In this document: one piece after another, positions 39,900-53,344 of the stretch | Position numbering within the stretch: position 1 is the first letter of the stretch | How the letters are laid out: every line of letters starts with the position of its first letter | Assembly (NCBI GenBank): GCA_013265495.1 | Contig: MU058463.1 | Location: 434,001 to 498,000 of the forward strand | Length of the DNA: 64,000 nt | From: Vicugna vicugna | Taxonomy: Eukaryota | Direction: 5' to 3' | Program-made: the position numbers and the translations under genes | The notes under the pieces: generated by a model | Database searches by the model: none | Seen by the model: the letters and a program-made list of their open reading frames with translations, nothing else | What the model was told of the DNA's origin: nothing

Positions 39900-40170
39900 A
39901 CTTTTTTCAAGACCCAGATCAAATGTTCCCTCCTCTGTGACATCTTACCTAGTCATTCTAGATATACTAGGTGATTCTTCTGTGATTTCACAGGTCACTT
40001 GTCTCTTATATCTGCCATTATGTCACATGTATTGATTGATTTAAATAGTCATGTCTCCCACTGACTGAAGACTTCCGGAAGCAGGAATATATTTAACTTT
40101 GTAATGCCTGTAACTTGTATAGAGGCTAGCAGCCAATGAAATGTGCTCAGGAAACATTTATTGTTTATTA
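39900..40170 (+). mobile_element. L2 3' end
   Basis: 'ttcaagacccagatcaaatgttccctcctctgtga...tgtctcccactgactgaagacttccggaagcagga...gtgctcaggaaacatttattg'. Confidence 0.75.
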
Positions 40171-42449
40171 AGTCAGTAACTAAATAAATAGAGATGACTG
40201 ACTCATTGAATTAATAATTTTAAAAAGACATACTGTAAAGTAGATTAAAACAAAAATACTGGGTATATTTAAATGTGATTACCATTTTTCTGCCTCTTTT
40301 TTTTTTTTTCCATTTCTCTGGTTTTTACTATTAAGGACAGTCACAGCAGGAATTTTACATTTGGTACGTTAGTCATTCCAGGTGATCATAAATGTAGTTA
40401 CTTTATGGAAAAGCAGTTGGCTCTGCATTTCTGGAAGTCACTCTGAAAGTTTTCGCCCAGAGGTTTATTATGCTGAAGTCTGAAGAGTCATTTTCATGTC
40501 AACTATTACACTCTACAGTGCTTTACAGTAAGTGACTCTGGGCTGATTCCCTTTGTTCTCTAAGTATCATCAATTCTAAAGGAATCCATTATAACTAGAT
40601 GGCATTCATGTTATTTAAATATCTGCTGACAGTCAAAGAACTATTTCTGTTCTATCATGCCATTTTTGTTCATTCAACGCTTGCTGAAATTTCTCTGAGA
40701 TTCCTGGGGAAAGAGTTATTTAAAATTTTCATCTTAGTCTTTGCTACTGAGTAAAGAAATAAAAGTAAAAAAAATACAAATGATATAAATGAAACACAGC
40801 AGTCAAGCTGTAATTTAAGAATAAGTATACAATATTAAAACATGCTACTTCAAGGTTAACTTACATTTATAGTTGGAAATAAGTAAATAATTGGATTTCC
40901 TTGCTGCCAATAAAGCCACCCTTTCTTTTACTTTATTCTGACATCTTTCTTATTTCCTTATCTAGTTGTCCCCTGGTATTAAAGATCATATAGCCAATAA
41001 ATAGAAAAATGAGTTTCCTGTATCTTTTCATGACTGACAGTAAAGTTTTACTTTAAAAAAGCCAGACAAAGGGGTGTGAAAGAGAGAACTGCTAAATACA
41101 TATTTATGATTTGTATTGAATAGTCACCTCATTAAGCCAAAATATTTATGAGGAGCTGCCTATTTAGTGCCTATTCTTTCCCCTTGAGGGCATATATACA
41201 TACTTATGTACCTAAGCAATAGAGTAATTTGTTTATCATAACATTCCCTCCCTGAGGAGGGGGGGATTCTTATTTTAGCTCAGTCAGGTTATTTACACAA
41301 ATATTAATCACATAGTAAGAACACATAAAATTACATAGGTGCCAGGGCACTTTTGTGTACCACCACCAAGTGCCCTAGAAAACAATCCCTTATATTACAA
41401 TTCATTGCTCCATGACTTTTATTGTGTATATCATCTCTGATTCTCCAGAATATTGAATTTCAAGGCAAACTGACACATCACTCAAGATATTCCTTCTTAA
41501 TGTACTTAAATAATGTTCTTCTTTTCTTTCACTAGAAAACTAGACAACATCACTGCTTCACAGGGCCACTCAACTGTAGAGCTTTAGGAGCACATTTCTT
41601 TTGAAGCCAACTCAGCATAAAACCCAGCTGGGCCCTTTTCAGTCCAGCAATACTACGGAAATAAAGATTAAGGAAATCCTTCAGGAAAATCTTGGCTCAG
41701 CTGACAGGGTTGGATACACACAAACCTTAAATTTTATGTGATTTCAAAGAATTCTGTAGCCTTCTGTATATTAATTTCTCTGAATACTAGATGCATAATG
41801 GGTTATGATTCTTCACCTTTGATATCTTTAATGTTCTACTGGATTTTAATAATAAGAAAATGGATATTATACCTGTGAGTTATTACCACAAAGCACTGAT
41901 TTTGTTTAGATCACATATATTTCTCAGTAAAGATGGAAGGATATCATTACAGATGCCTAGCCACTAGGATCCTCTTATGATTCTCTTTCATGTGACTTAT
42001 ATTTGAACAAAATGCCACTTTGTACATAATTCTATTTATTTTATTCCTTTTCTGAATATTCTTATTTTTACTTTCATAAATTTCCAGAAACCCACATTGT
42101 AAAATGTTATTTATAAGTAACTACTCTCTGAAGTGTTATTTTGATTGAGATCAGTTAATTCACGAAATGAATTAAGAATAATTGACATTATGGAGTCATT
42201 CTATCCATTAACATGGTATGACTTTCCATTAATCCAAATGTTCCTCTCCATAATTTTATAGTCTTTAAGGTCAATGGGTTTACGTTTTTATCTTAGTTTC
42301 TACATTTTTTTGTACAATCCACTTATTAGATATATCACTTGGTAGGCAATATATTTTGTTCCCATTGAAAGCAGAGTTTTATTTTAATTACTATAATTTG
42401 TATATAGTATGTTCTTATTTTTTATGGTTAGCTTACAAAGTGACTTTTT

Positions 42450-42517
42450 TAACATTTTTATTGATTTATAATCATTTTACAATGTTGTGTCAAATTCCAG
42501 TGTTCAGCACAATTTTT
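42450..42517 (-). mobile_element. 68-bp camelid-type L1 3' end with perfect 14-bp TSD
   Basis: caaagtgacttttt at 42436-42449 and 42518-42531; insert nearly identical to the start of the L1 end at 32899. Confidence 0.93.
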
Positions 42518-43634
42518 CAAAGTGACTTTTTATTTAAAAATGATGCATATAATTTGCATTTGTTTCTTTTAAGTTTTCCAAGTATATAATTATAACATCA
42601 ACACATTATTAAAGTTGTATCTTTGAATTTCAGGTTCTCAGAAACTTCAAAAATACTTTTCTAATATAGATCATTACATATTTCCTGAAATAAAGTTGGT
42701 ATTTTCCTAATTATCAATTTCATTGTATTTATTATTTTTATTTTAGAATTATTTATTTCCACTTTGTAAATGTACATTTCATTCTTTTGCAACATCAAGT
42801 GTACAGTAGAAAGTTTCATTGTTTTTGATTCTCAGTATTTCTAGCTTGATCTATAAAACAGGTTCTTAGTCACTTTAAAAAATTAGGGGAAGAAATCACC
42901 CACTCTTACTTTACCTGTACTCCTCCCTGCTGCAACCACTACCACTAAAACAATCAGAGTAACAATCTGATATTGGAGATTGAAACATACACATGCACAG
43001 TTCAGATTCTTGCTTCTCTCTCTTTTTAAAAAATATTTAACTATTCTTTCTACAGATAGGAACAAGGAAAAACAAAGCAAAATCTTTTACATTTAGGGCA
43101 GCAATTTCCCTTGCATTGAGCTCCATGAGTCATTTGTTCTGCAAAACAACAGATTCCAAAATCTAGACATGAAGGAAATTGTAAAAAACCTTATTTCAGC
43201 TGTGTGTTTAAGTTGTGCTTTATACTCTACATATACCATCAGAACCAGAATTTAATTCTTACCTAATATCTACATTTATTTCTTACAAGAATTGGGAGAC
43301 ATAAGAGAAAGGTTGTGATAACAACTTTACAGAGAGCTACACTACAGTATGACTTGTCTAAACCTTCTAGAGAAGATACATTTAGAGATAACTATAACTA
43401 GAAGACTGAAGCTTCTGTTATAACCAGGATGGAAAGATTTATTTTTATATAAACAATGAATTACTGTGATTCTAACATTTACCAATCAGTCATTGATATA
43501 AAAAAAGTAGGGGACCAATGTGTAGCTATTTCAAAAGAGCACAGGATTCCTGGTCTTGACCATCCCAAGCATGATTCTGAACAGAACAATATTTAGGCTA
43601 GATTACCAGCAAAAGGGAGGCAATGAGTTCCAGT

Positions 43635-43718
43635 GAAAGTCATACTCAAAATGACAGCCTTTCAGATTAGCAGTTTGAAAGTCATACTCAAAATGACAGC
43701 CTTTCAGGTTAGCAGTTT
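43635..43718. repeat. 42-bp tandem duplication (2 copies, 1 mismatch)
   Basis: gaaagtcatactcaaaatgacagcctttcag(a/g)ttagcagttt at 43635-43676 and 43677-43718. Confidence 0.97.
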
Positions 43719-45625
43719 GTTAGGCTTTGGTGAGTGAAAAGACATTCTCCACAACAAGGTCTCCAGATTGGGGTTCCATGAAAGAGCTAATTTTCCAATT
43801 GTTGTATAGGGCTAGATTTTAAAATCAAGTACTGGACGTTTGTGGTACTTAGCCATTCTGATTTTTTTTTTATCTTATTCTGTATTTACTCAAAGCCAAA
43901 AAACAAACAAACAAACAAACAAAGCAACAACAACAAACTACAAACTAATCTCTTGAATGTAAGTGAATTTTCCAGAAGTTTACAGATTTATCTTCTAACA
44001 ATTAGTCTTACTGTGCTTCTGTGGTTGTTAATCACATAACCACATAAGCACTGACCATGGCTTAGGTATTCGCATAGCAAGATTGTGGGTTCCATCACAA
44101 ATACCTGTCTCCATTTAAAGATTATAGCCAATACACAGTATATAAACATTAAAAATGTTAATGTTAAAATCCAAACTGCTTTTTTTTCAATCTTTCAATT
44201 TTCCTGTCTGATCACTTGCATTATACTACAATAATGAGTTAAGAATCTTCAGATTTTTTTCCTAAATGTATATTTGCTATCACTTAATTTCATTTATATA
44301 TACATATGTATAATATATATTTATTTTTATTGTTTCATTAAGATAGAGACTATGCCTATGGACTAAAGACTTTAAAAGCCAATTTCTTTCCTATTAATAT
44401 TCATCTAAGAAAAAAAAGTAAAAACTGAGGTGATAGTAGTGTAAGAATTAATTCTTGAATTTTAAAAATTCACTTTCATTACTACAGTGGTTCAAGAGAC
44501 ATGAAAAATTCTCCCAATTAACAATAAAGTGTTCTTATCATTGATTCCACTTTTAAGAGTTTTCATGCTAACCAGCATAGGAAATAAATCTGTATATTTA
44601 GTATAATCAGTGTGTCACTTGCTCTTTCTGCTAGAAAATGTGAAACTATGTGATTGCTACATATGCATTTTCAACCTCCAAAAAAAAGAAGTTAGATTAA
44701 ACATTGTTCTGGAAGACAGAACAGAGTGAAAATTAAACATTTATAAATCAGAAATCAAGACCAGTGAATGCTTACTATACTAAAGCTTAATGTTCAACTA
44801 TACCACTATTTAAAAGACTACTGTAGAACAAGCAATGAAAAGATAAAAATGTAAGAAAATATTTTTAAATAAATATGGTTCAACTATGTAATAAATGATA
44901 CTTTCATGCTAAAGTACATCATACTTTCAGGAGAGTAATTTAAGTGTCCATTGTACAGACAGAAAGGGAATTTATATTTCGCCCTTACTTGATTCAAATA
45001 ATACTAACAAATACACTAAAAAAATCTAGTCGCAATCTTGACTTACAGCTGCTTTGTTACTATATGAGGCAAATTAATTATGTCATTTAGACTGAAATAA
45101 TATTTAAGCTATTTGCTGACTGTCACATGGTGAAACAGTAAATGAAGCACTGTCTTTTGACACAAATTGTATTTCTTACATGTATTTGCCTGTGAATTTT
45201 TTAAATGGGTAGACAATATTTATTTATCAAGGCAATTGGCCTTTTTCAGACAGGTGGACACAGCATCAAACATGGAGTAAACCATGGATGGTTTCATCTA
45301 TTTTCAAAGATATACAGAGAACATTTTCACTACTGATCTGTCAACCATTATCCTTCCTGACAGTTGATGTGGGAGAAGAACTCCTCTTGGGTATTAGTCT
45401 TGATTCATAGCAAGATAGTTAGAGGCTTCTGAAAGATTGGTAGCATGGAGAAAGATAGGAGATTTGTTAGTGTGATGTATCTGGGATTTGATAAAAAAGA
45501 TTCTAACACCTTTCCATCAACAGTGATGGTGACATGATGTATAGCTGAATAAGACCATGACTAAGACAGCAATAGTCAATGAATTACTTATCTTATCTTT
45601 ATACACGAAAAATCCATGGAAGTAA

Positions 45626-45786
45626 GAGGAGATGGGACAGCTCAGTGACAGACTGCATACTCAGCATGCATAAGGTCCTGGGTTCAACCCTCAGTACCTC
45701 CACTAAAATACATACGTACATACATACATACATACATACATACATACCTAATATATACCTCCCCAAAAAAGGAAAAAAATATTTTA
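45626..45786 (+). mobile_element. tRNA-Ala-derived camelid SINE (Vic-1 type) with internal (TACA)n
   Basis: A-box-like 'agctcagtgacaga', 'ctcagcatgcataaggtcctgggttcaaccctcagtacctcca' (tRNA-Ala AGC-like, with B box), A-rich tail; TSD-like aaaaatccatggaa (45608-45621) / aaaaattcatgcaa (45787-45800). Confidence 0.9.
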
Positions 45787-46179
45787 AAAAATTCATGCAA
45801 CTGAAGAATCTAAAATACTTTCTACAAACTCATTTTGCAATCAGTATAAAGGTTTAGAATGCTGCCTGCATATGTTCTGGCAGACATTAATTATAGCAAT
45901 TATTGTCATTGCTCTAATAGCCATATGCAACCTCAGAAGCATTTATATCACATTGAAAGCCAAGAAAATATACATGTAATCATTTGAAATAGACTACAAA
46001 AGAGGGTGTCTTTTTTTAGGGTGCATTCCTCTATGATTAATATTCCTCTCTTTACTCATCCTGATAGGACAACTTTTCTACTTCGAAGGAAACATACACG
46101 TTGATCCACATAGCATAGAGATAAAGAAAACTTTCTTTTCTTTTTCTCCATAGAGTAACTGTTAACAGAGTTGAGTTGT

Positions 46180-46620
46180 TACATCAGTTTCTGAAAGTTA
46201 TCGTAACAAAGTACCACAAACTGGATAGCTTAAAACAACAAAAAGTTCTTGTCATCACAGTTCTGGAGTCTAGAAGTTTGAAATCAAGGTGTTATCAGAG
46301 CCAAGCATCCTCCAAAAATCTCTGGGCGAGGGGATCTCTCCTTGCCTCTTCTAGCTTCTGAGTGCCCTGGCTTGAGCAGTATAAACTCCATGTCTACCTC
46401 TATCTTCACATGGCCGTCTTCCCTTTCTCTGTATTTGGGTCCAAATATCTCTCTTCTTATAAGAAACAATCATATTGAATTAAACACCTCCCACTTCTGG
46501 TAGGACACCTTAACTAATTACATCTGCAATAACCCTATTTTCAAATAAGTTCACATTCTGAGGTATTGAGGGTTTAAGTCTCACGATGTCTTTTGGGCAG
46601 ATGCAGTTCAAGCTACAACA
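46180..46620 (-). mobile_element. MaLR MLT1B-like solo LTR
   Basis: 'gtaacaaagtaccacaaactggatagcttaaaacaac...cacagttctggagtctagaagtttgaaatcaaggtgt...acatctgcaataaccctattttcaaataagttcacattctgagg'; TSD-like gttgt/gatgt. Confidence 0.9.
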
Positions 46621-46889
46621 GATGTATCTGGAGGAAAAATAAGAGAGTGAGGAGAAAGTACATTTTTGCTGAGATATTTCCTTGAACTCTAAATGAAGGT
46701 TTGAATTGTAGTCCTTTATATTATAAGGTTAAAAAATGTTAATTTTAAAAGGTCAACCTATCTCCACATTTTTTTACAAAAGCTGAAATATTTCTATGTA
46801 AAAGGGATCACCTTTAAGAGATACTGAGCCATGCCAAAGTCAGTGTATTGCTGTTGGGAAAATTTGTGAATATTTCTAATGCATAAGCA

Positions 46890-46985
46890 TCATACATGAA
46901 AAGAGACATTTCACGTTAAACATGAGAAGAAAAGAGACATCTCATGTCAAACATGAGATGAAAAGAGACATCTCACGTCAAACAT
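46890..46985. repeat. 31-bp minisatellite, about 3 copies, with internal inverted repeat
   Basis: Unit catgagatgaaaagagacatctcacgtcaaa at ~46890-46920, 46921-46951 and 46952-46982. Confidence 0.93.
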
Positions 46986-49119
46986 TCTGGTTTAGGACTT
47001 CACTTTCTTATAGAAGCTTCTGTACATTGTACTAAATAAAACTGATCTGTTATTTATGTTTAGAGAATAGCAGAGAGAGCTCTGTCCAGTATTCCACCTG
47101 AGAGATCTGTAGTAGCTCTGAAAAGCAGAGAATAGATGAGGTAACAAAATGGAGTAGCTAGTTGTTATTACTGTCTGTGCAACTGAATCCTAGCCTGCTT
47201 TTTCAACTAGCCATCCCCTCTAGTCAGTGGAGCACATAAATGATGAAAGCCTGGGAAATCATACTCCAATCTACTTGCTTGGCATTGCAGAGAAGTTCAA
47301 GCAGTGATCTGCTATGACATGGCCAAATCTTAAAATGAGAACTGTCCTGTTAGTAAAATCAAAATTGTGGACATTAGTCATGCCAAAACTTGACTGTTAG
47401 TAGACGTGAAGTTGTTAATTTGGAAAGATAAGCATTTTGACTTGCTCTCAGTTATAACTCAAAATATTTTGAAATTCCTCTTTAAATTGTCTTTAGACCA
47501 TGTAATACATTGTTTGAAACATAAAGTTAAACATTTTCTCCAAGTTAGCCACTTAGAAATCTGAAATTAATCTAATATTAGGAATAAATCAATTCTGATG
47601 ACCAAACTGGACAACAGAAATGTGATGATAAAATAAACTTCTTATGACCTAAAATATTTTTACCAGAAACTACTTTAACCTACAAAGTTTGAAGCTTGGG
47701 AATTAATGCTACACAAAAAGGCACTGATACCCTTAATGAATAGGTAGTTTCAAGATAGCAAAATACATGACTTTCAAAAGTATCACTGTCCTTATACCAC
47801 TGTGTCACATAAAGATCCCATATATCACATTAGGTCAACTTATAAGCATAAACATAAATGTACACACACAAGCACAGACAGAGCAGGCTTTGCAGTGAAG
47901 GGAATTTCTTCATCAACCCAAGTTGTTTGTTTCTTCCTAATTATGTATATTAGCATATAATAAGGAATAATAATTTCAATAGTAACAAATTATATATTCT
48001 TAAGATAGTAAAAAATAATTAAACCCAGAAGTGCTATAGAATATAGACCAACTTTAAAACCTGAACATCACTAGATATACTTATGATGTGGTAATACAAT
48101 AATGCATATTTTATTTACTCCCTCATTTTTCTCATTTTGTTCCATTCAAAGAAGTTTTGTTTTATTCATGAATTTAATAAAAACAATATCCATTTTTAAG
48201 TATATCTTGATGCTGTGTAGACATAATATTTAATGTTACAGATAACCTCTAAATTTCTATAAGAGAATTAACTCCTGAAAGCTTCATCAGTGAATATAAG
48301 AATAACATATTTCTCTATATGTAAATGTCTTGAGAATGTGAACTTATCTCCCTGATCACCTAACTTATTAAAAAGGAAAAAGGCAGTTAATTTTACGTCT
48401 TTAGCTATTTGAATATTTCATTTAATTGTTGTAATGTGTTATATAAAACAAAAATTGAGTAATAAACACAGAAAATTATCTTAGAGAACATTTCAACTAA
48501 TTGAATCCCACAATATGTATGGGATTTTATCTATCTATGCAAATATATATGAATATATGTAAATATGTGTATATATGTTCAGGTATGTACACATATTTAT
48601 ATGCATATGTCATGTGTGTATATGCATAAATAGTTGTCTAATCACCTTCTGATTTATAGTGATTTCAGAAATTCTATCCACATTCATATCTTCTTGATCT
48701 TTGATTATTTCATTTGTAACTTAATGCTATCAGCTGAATCTATCTTACAAACTTTGTTTGAAATGGATATCAGAAGGAGTAAATCACTTTAATGAGAGCT
48801 ATCCTCATTCTTATTTATGGATGAGCTGAACTTAATGTATATACATATAATATATTCCATTGATATAAATATGTAAAAATAAAGAGTTAATTTCATATGT
48901 TAGTTTGCAAGTTATTCTTCAGTGTTCAAATTCTGGGAAGAAAATGTTAGAAATACAGCAAGAAATTCTGTATTTTTTACTTTTACTTTCATATGTTTGT
49001 ATTTAATTCCCTAATTATAAGAAAATCAAATTACACTGAGATAATGAATAGTTTATCGCTAATAGCTAAATTTAGCATTTAAACATATTTTGGTGCATTA
49101 AAGAACAATGGAAAACTGG

Positions 49120-49860
49120 AATTTTAAAAAATGACCAAAGCTGGGGATTATATTTATCATGCATATTAAAAGCAAAGGATTAGTCTCAAGAAGATGCATC
49201 AATCTGTTGTATATCAACAAAGAAAGATTCAACACCTGAATGAAAAAATGGTCAGAGGACATGAACAGATAATGAAGAGTCAATAAAACCAAAACAGGCA
49301 ATGACTATAATGAGAAATACTTGGTAGGAAAAATTTGGGAAAATGCAAATTAAAATCATAGTGGCATATGTTTACACATCCATTCGATCGGCAAAAATTA
49401 TCAACAGTCTGAAGAACAGGATGCAGAAACACACAATTGCTTACATATATTTTGAAATTGGTAAAAACATTATGGAAAGCAAGTTGAGAAAAATGTGGTA
49501 TATCTTACTTCTAGCTGTGTTCTCTGGAGGAAAAGAAAGAATATTTACAGCAACAATACTTATAAATAAGAGCAAAGAAACCAGAAAACTTAAATATCTA
49601 ACAAATGGCAGACAGACAAATACTTTCAGCTACATTCATGCATATGAACTGTATATAAGAGGAAGAATGCACTAATTGAAATGAATCTCGGAGAATGTTG
49701 AATGACAAAAGCAAGTAGGAGAAGAATACAGTTACATATTCTTGATGCACTTATATAAAATATATATTATAAATATTACTAAATATTCAAAATTGATTAG
49801 GTATACATATATATTTAGTAAAAGTCAATGAGTTACATATGAATGATAAACATTAAATTC
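49120..49860 (+). mobile_element. L1ME-like ORF2 end and 3' UTR
   Basis: 'gaaaaaatggtcagaggacatgaacaga', 'gaaaatgcaaattaaaatcatagtg', 'aatgttgaatgacaaaagcaagt'. Confidence 0.7.
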
Positions 49861-49861
49861 T

Positions 49862-50735
49862 GGATCCCAAAATTTGTATGCAATCACAAATGACCTCAAG
49901 TAGCAAAAGCAATCCTGAAAAAGGTAAATGAAGCTGTAAGCATCACACTTCTTAATTTCAAATTTTATTACAAATCTATAGTAAAACAATATAGTACTAG
50001 CATACAAACAGACTCAAAGAACAATGAACAGAATGAAGAGCACAGAAATAAATCACCACATACACGATTAATTTAACAAGAGAACCAAGAATGTTTAATA
50101 GGGAAAGGATAGTTTCTTCAATAAATGGTGTTGGGAAAGCTATATAATCACATGCAGAAGAATGAAATTCAATAACTAACTATCTTACACCACTAACAAA
50201 ATTAACTAAAAATGGATTAAAGACTTAAACATAAAACTAAAATCTAAAAACAAGACATAACACTGCTAGAAGAAAACATAAGGGAAATCTTGACATTGGT
50301 CTTGACAACACTTTTTGGATATGACACCAAAGGCACAAGCAACAAAAACAAAAATTAATAAGTGGGACTATATCAGACTACATATATTCTGCACAGCAAA
50401 AGAAAAAATCAAAATGAAATGTCAATCTATGGAATGGGAGAAAATATTTGCAAATCATATATATCTCTGATAAGGGGTTGATAACAAAAATATACACATT
50501 ACTCATAAAACTCAGTAGCAGAAAAGCAAACAATCTGATTAAAAGTTGAGCAGAGGAACTGAACATTTTTTTCCCAAAGAGACAAACAGTCAACAGGCAT
50601 ATAAAAATGTGCTCAACATCATTAATTATCCGGGAAATATAAATCAAACCCACAGCGAGATATTACTTCATATTTTTAGAATGACTATTATCAAAAAGAG
50701 AAGAGATAACAGTGTTGTTAAGAATATGAAGAGAA
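49862..50735 (+). mobile_element. L1MA/L1M ORF2 3' fragment (frameshifted)
   Basis: 'caaaagcaatcctgaaaaag', 'ttcaataaatggtgttgggaaa', 'aatggattaaagacttaaac', 'tggaatgggagaaaatatttgcaaatcatat', 'gctcaacatcattaat'. Confidence 0.9.
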
Positions 50736-53344
50736 GCAAGTAGCTTCACCCTTATAGGCATCTGTAAATATAGCTAAGTGATAATATCAGATCTCTTGCT
50801 TTTGGTCTTTCACTGGTTACCAAAATTCAATTAGCTTTTATTTTCAGCATTATTCACTTACTGGCTTCTTTTCTCACAGCACTTGCTCCCCTTACCTCCA
50901 ATCATCATACATTTTTGCTCAGACCTAAACCTACTTCCCAGAGTTTCAGTCAGAGGACTGACACATCAAGCTAAGAGGAACATAAATCTGGTCAATGCTT
51001 CTCTCTGTGTCCTTTCCCAGTCACATGGTTTAGATGGAGCAAAACTGGATAAATATTAGCTTATGACTGCCTCATCCATCAAGCAGCAAAGAAGTAGCAA
51101 CTTCCTTCTAACAGAAGTATTAATACCAGCTTAGACAGATGAGCAGAAGAAACAGCCTGTCTCACTATTCCCCATGAATTCAGGAGTAATATTTACATAT
51201 ACTGTCATGGTATCATATTTAGAAATTGATTCTTCTGCCAGAACTTATAAATGCAATGCACATCCTGGTACTACATGAACAGGCAGAAAAAAAAAAAGGC
51301 AAGACAAGAAAAAGAAAGGAAAATGCCCCATTTCCCCAAAACAGTTCAACAACGCACATATTAAATTTTAGTATGTATTTATTTAATTATTTCAGTCTCT
51401 TATTACACAGTTTAGTAATCGGGTATTTAAATTGTCCATTCCAATTTTAATAAATATGCCAATTCAAATCCAGAATGAGTAGCTGTCATGGTCAAGACTT
51501 ATCAGTAGTCATCTGAAACTATGTTAAAGGCCAATGTAATCTGCCTGCCAGCGATGAGCTGGTCCAGATTTTGTCAATAGGCAGTGTATATCTGCTTTTA
51601 GTAATTTTTTCTTGATCATATAGTCAGGTATGACAAACAGTTGTGACATTGTCCAGCAATCTGGTTAACTTTCATCCTCATCATCATCCCAGGGCACTTT
51701 ACTCATTCTGATACATATGTCCTTGGGTACCCTCTTGAGGGTTGGGCCTAGAACCTGGCTCTCTGGTTACTCAGGGTCAAAAATCTTTTATCTTTGGTGC
51801 TATCCTTTATCTTTGGTATATATATATATATTTATTTTGGTATATATATATATATAATTGCATTTCACAGAGCAAAGATAAACTGAGCACACCTGTTGTT
51901 TGAGGAGTTGATGAGACATGAAAAATGGCATTAAAATCAAGGAAATAAATTGAATAGCTATGAAATTTTTGATGGCTCAGTCTTAAAAGCATGTTCACTG
52001 GAGTGCATTCACCTCTGGTTGGTTGATTTCAAAGTGAGAGCCTGAGATTAATTGGCTGTTTTTCACATTGTGTTCATTGACTTTGTAGCTACTCCATTTA
52101 TTTTGTATATTTTAATGCAATTTTTTAAAAAATCTCAATTCTTACAACCACTTTAATTCTCCCCAATTTTTTCACCACTTTTATCTATATTTTTATTTTG
52201 AAAAATACTATTTTTTTCTAATTATTCACCCCTACTCTGAGGAAGTTGAGAGAGAAGGACCATGACAGATTAATTCACATTATCCAGTTTCTACAACATT
52301 AGTCACATAGGGAGTCTTAACAGTTGGAGCTTTTTTTTTTTTTTTTAGTATATTACTAGTCATAACTTGAATTGAAGGTACTAGAATAAACTTAGTATCA
52401 TTATATGACCAACACAAAGTTGCCTGCACTCTTAACATTCAGTAACCTCAGAATCAGGATTCTATTTAAAAATTATGGCTGAAATATGACAATTCTCCTT
52501 TTCAGGATATGTGTTATGCACCTCTGCTATTATTCAGATCGGCATATTGAGAGTTTGTGTATCTAGCCACATTTCTTTGGAAGCATCAGCTATCTAAGCT
52601 CCCTAAGTAACACTGAACATACTTTTTTATGCATAGTGGCTGATGCAAAAGAAGGTCATTAATGTACCATGTGTAAAATCCATTTCAATAGCTGCTCCAC
52701 AAAGGGTCAACAATACAATCTCTCCCAATGAAACTGTGTAATTCTTTTTGACTGATTATCTATAGGAAGGAGTTATTCCATTGAAGGATATTCTCCCAAT
52801 CATCTTTTGGCTTTACAGTCCTCCTATCTACCCACTAGATCACCAAGTCTAACTCAGTTGCTTTGGGAGCCTCAGGTTAGTCTTCAGTTATTTTCAGTTG
52901 TAGATAACATTTCCATTGCCTAGATTTTCTTTTTTGATCCTTTAACTTTACACTGACCTTTGATCTATCATTTATGTCATTTATGTGATATTTTCTCTTA
53001 TATGTTGTCACTTTGCTTGAGTGACCTCTCATCAACTATAGTTTTTGTCAAAGGTTTCCACTATCACTTTCCTTATGGCACCAAAGGAAAAAACAAACAA
53101 ATAAATAAATAATCATCTCTTAAAATACAGTGTCAAGGTTTGGCTTAATTATGTTGTTTATGAATATATACTTATAAGTCTTAAATAAAGGATAGAGCAG
53201 AATTTTTTTTTAAAAAGCAAAAGCAAACAATCATAAACAGGGCCAAAATTTTTCAGGTACCTCTTTTACATTGTGTAACCAGAAAAAAACAAGCAGAAGT
53301 CTTCACTGTTTTCATCCATAAGCAATGAAGACAATCTTGCATTG

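Noticed and set aside
45250..45545. Possible CR1/L3 RT remnant ('gtgatgtatctgggatttgataaa')
   Set aside because: Similarity too short to support without an HMM search.
45626..45702. Functional tRNA-Ala gene
   Set aside because: Stems are mutated, and the SINE-specific tail, A-rich end and TSD show it is a retroposed SINE.
46890..46985. CRISPR-like palindromic ~31-bp repeats
   Set aside because: Units are head-to-tail with no unique spacers, there are no cas genes, and the context is mammalian.
49862..50735. Active L1 ORF2 coding region
   Set aside because: Multiple frameshifts and stops; truncated at both ends.
51785..51856. Repeated tttatctttggt units with (TA)n
   Set aside because: Ordinary slippage around a TA microsatellite.
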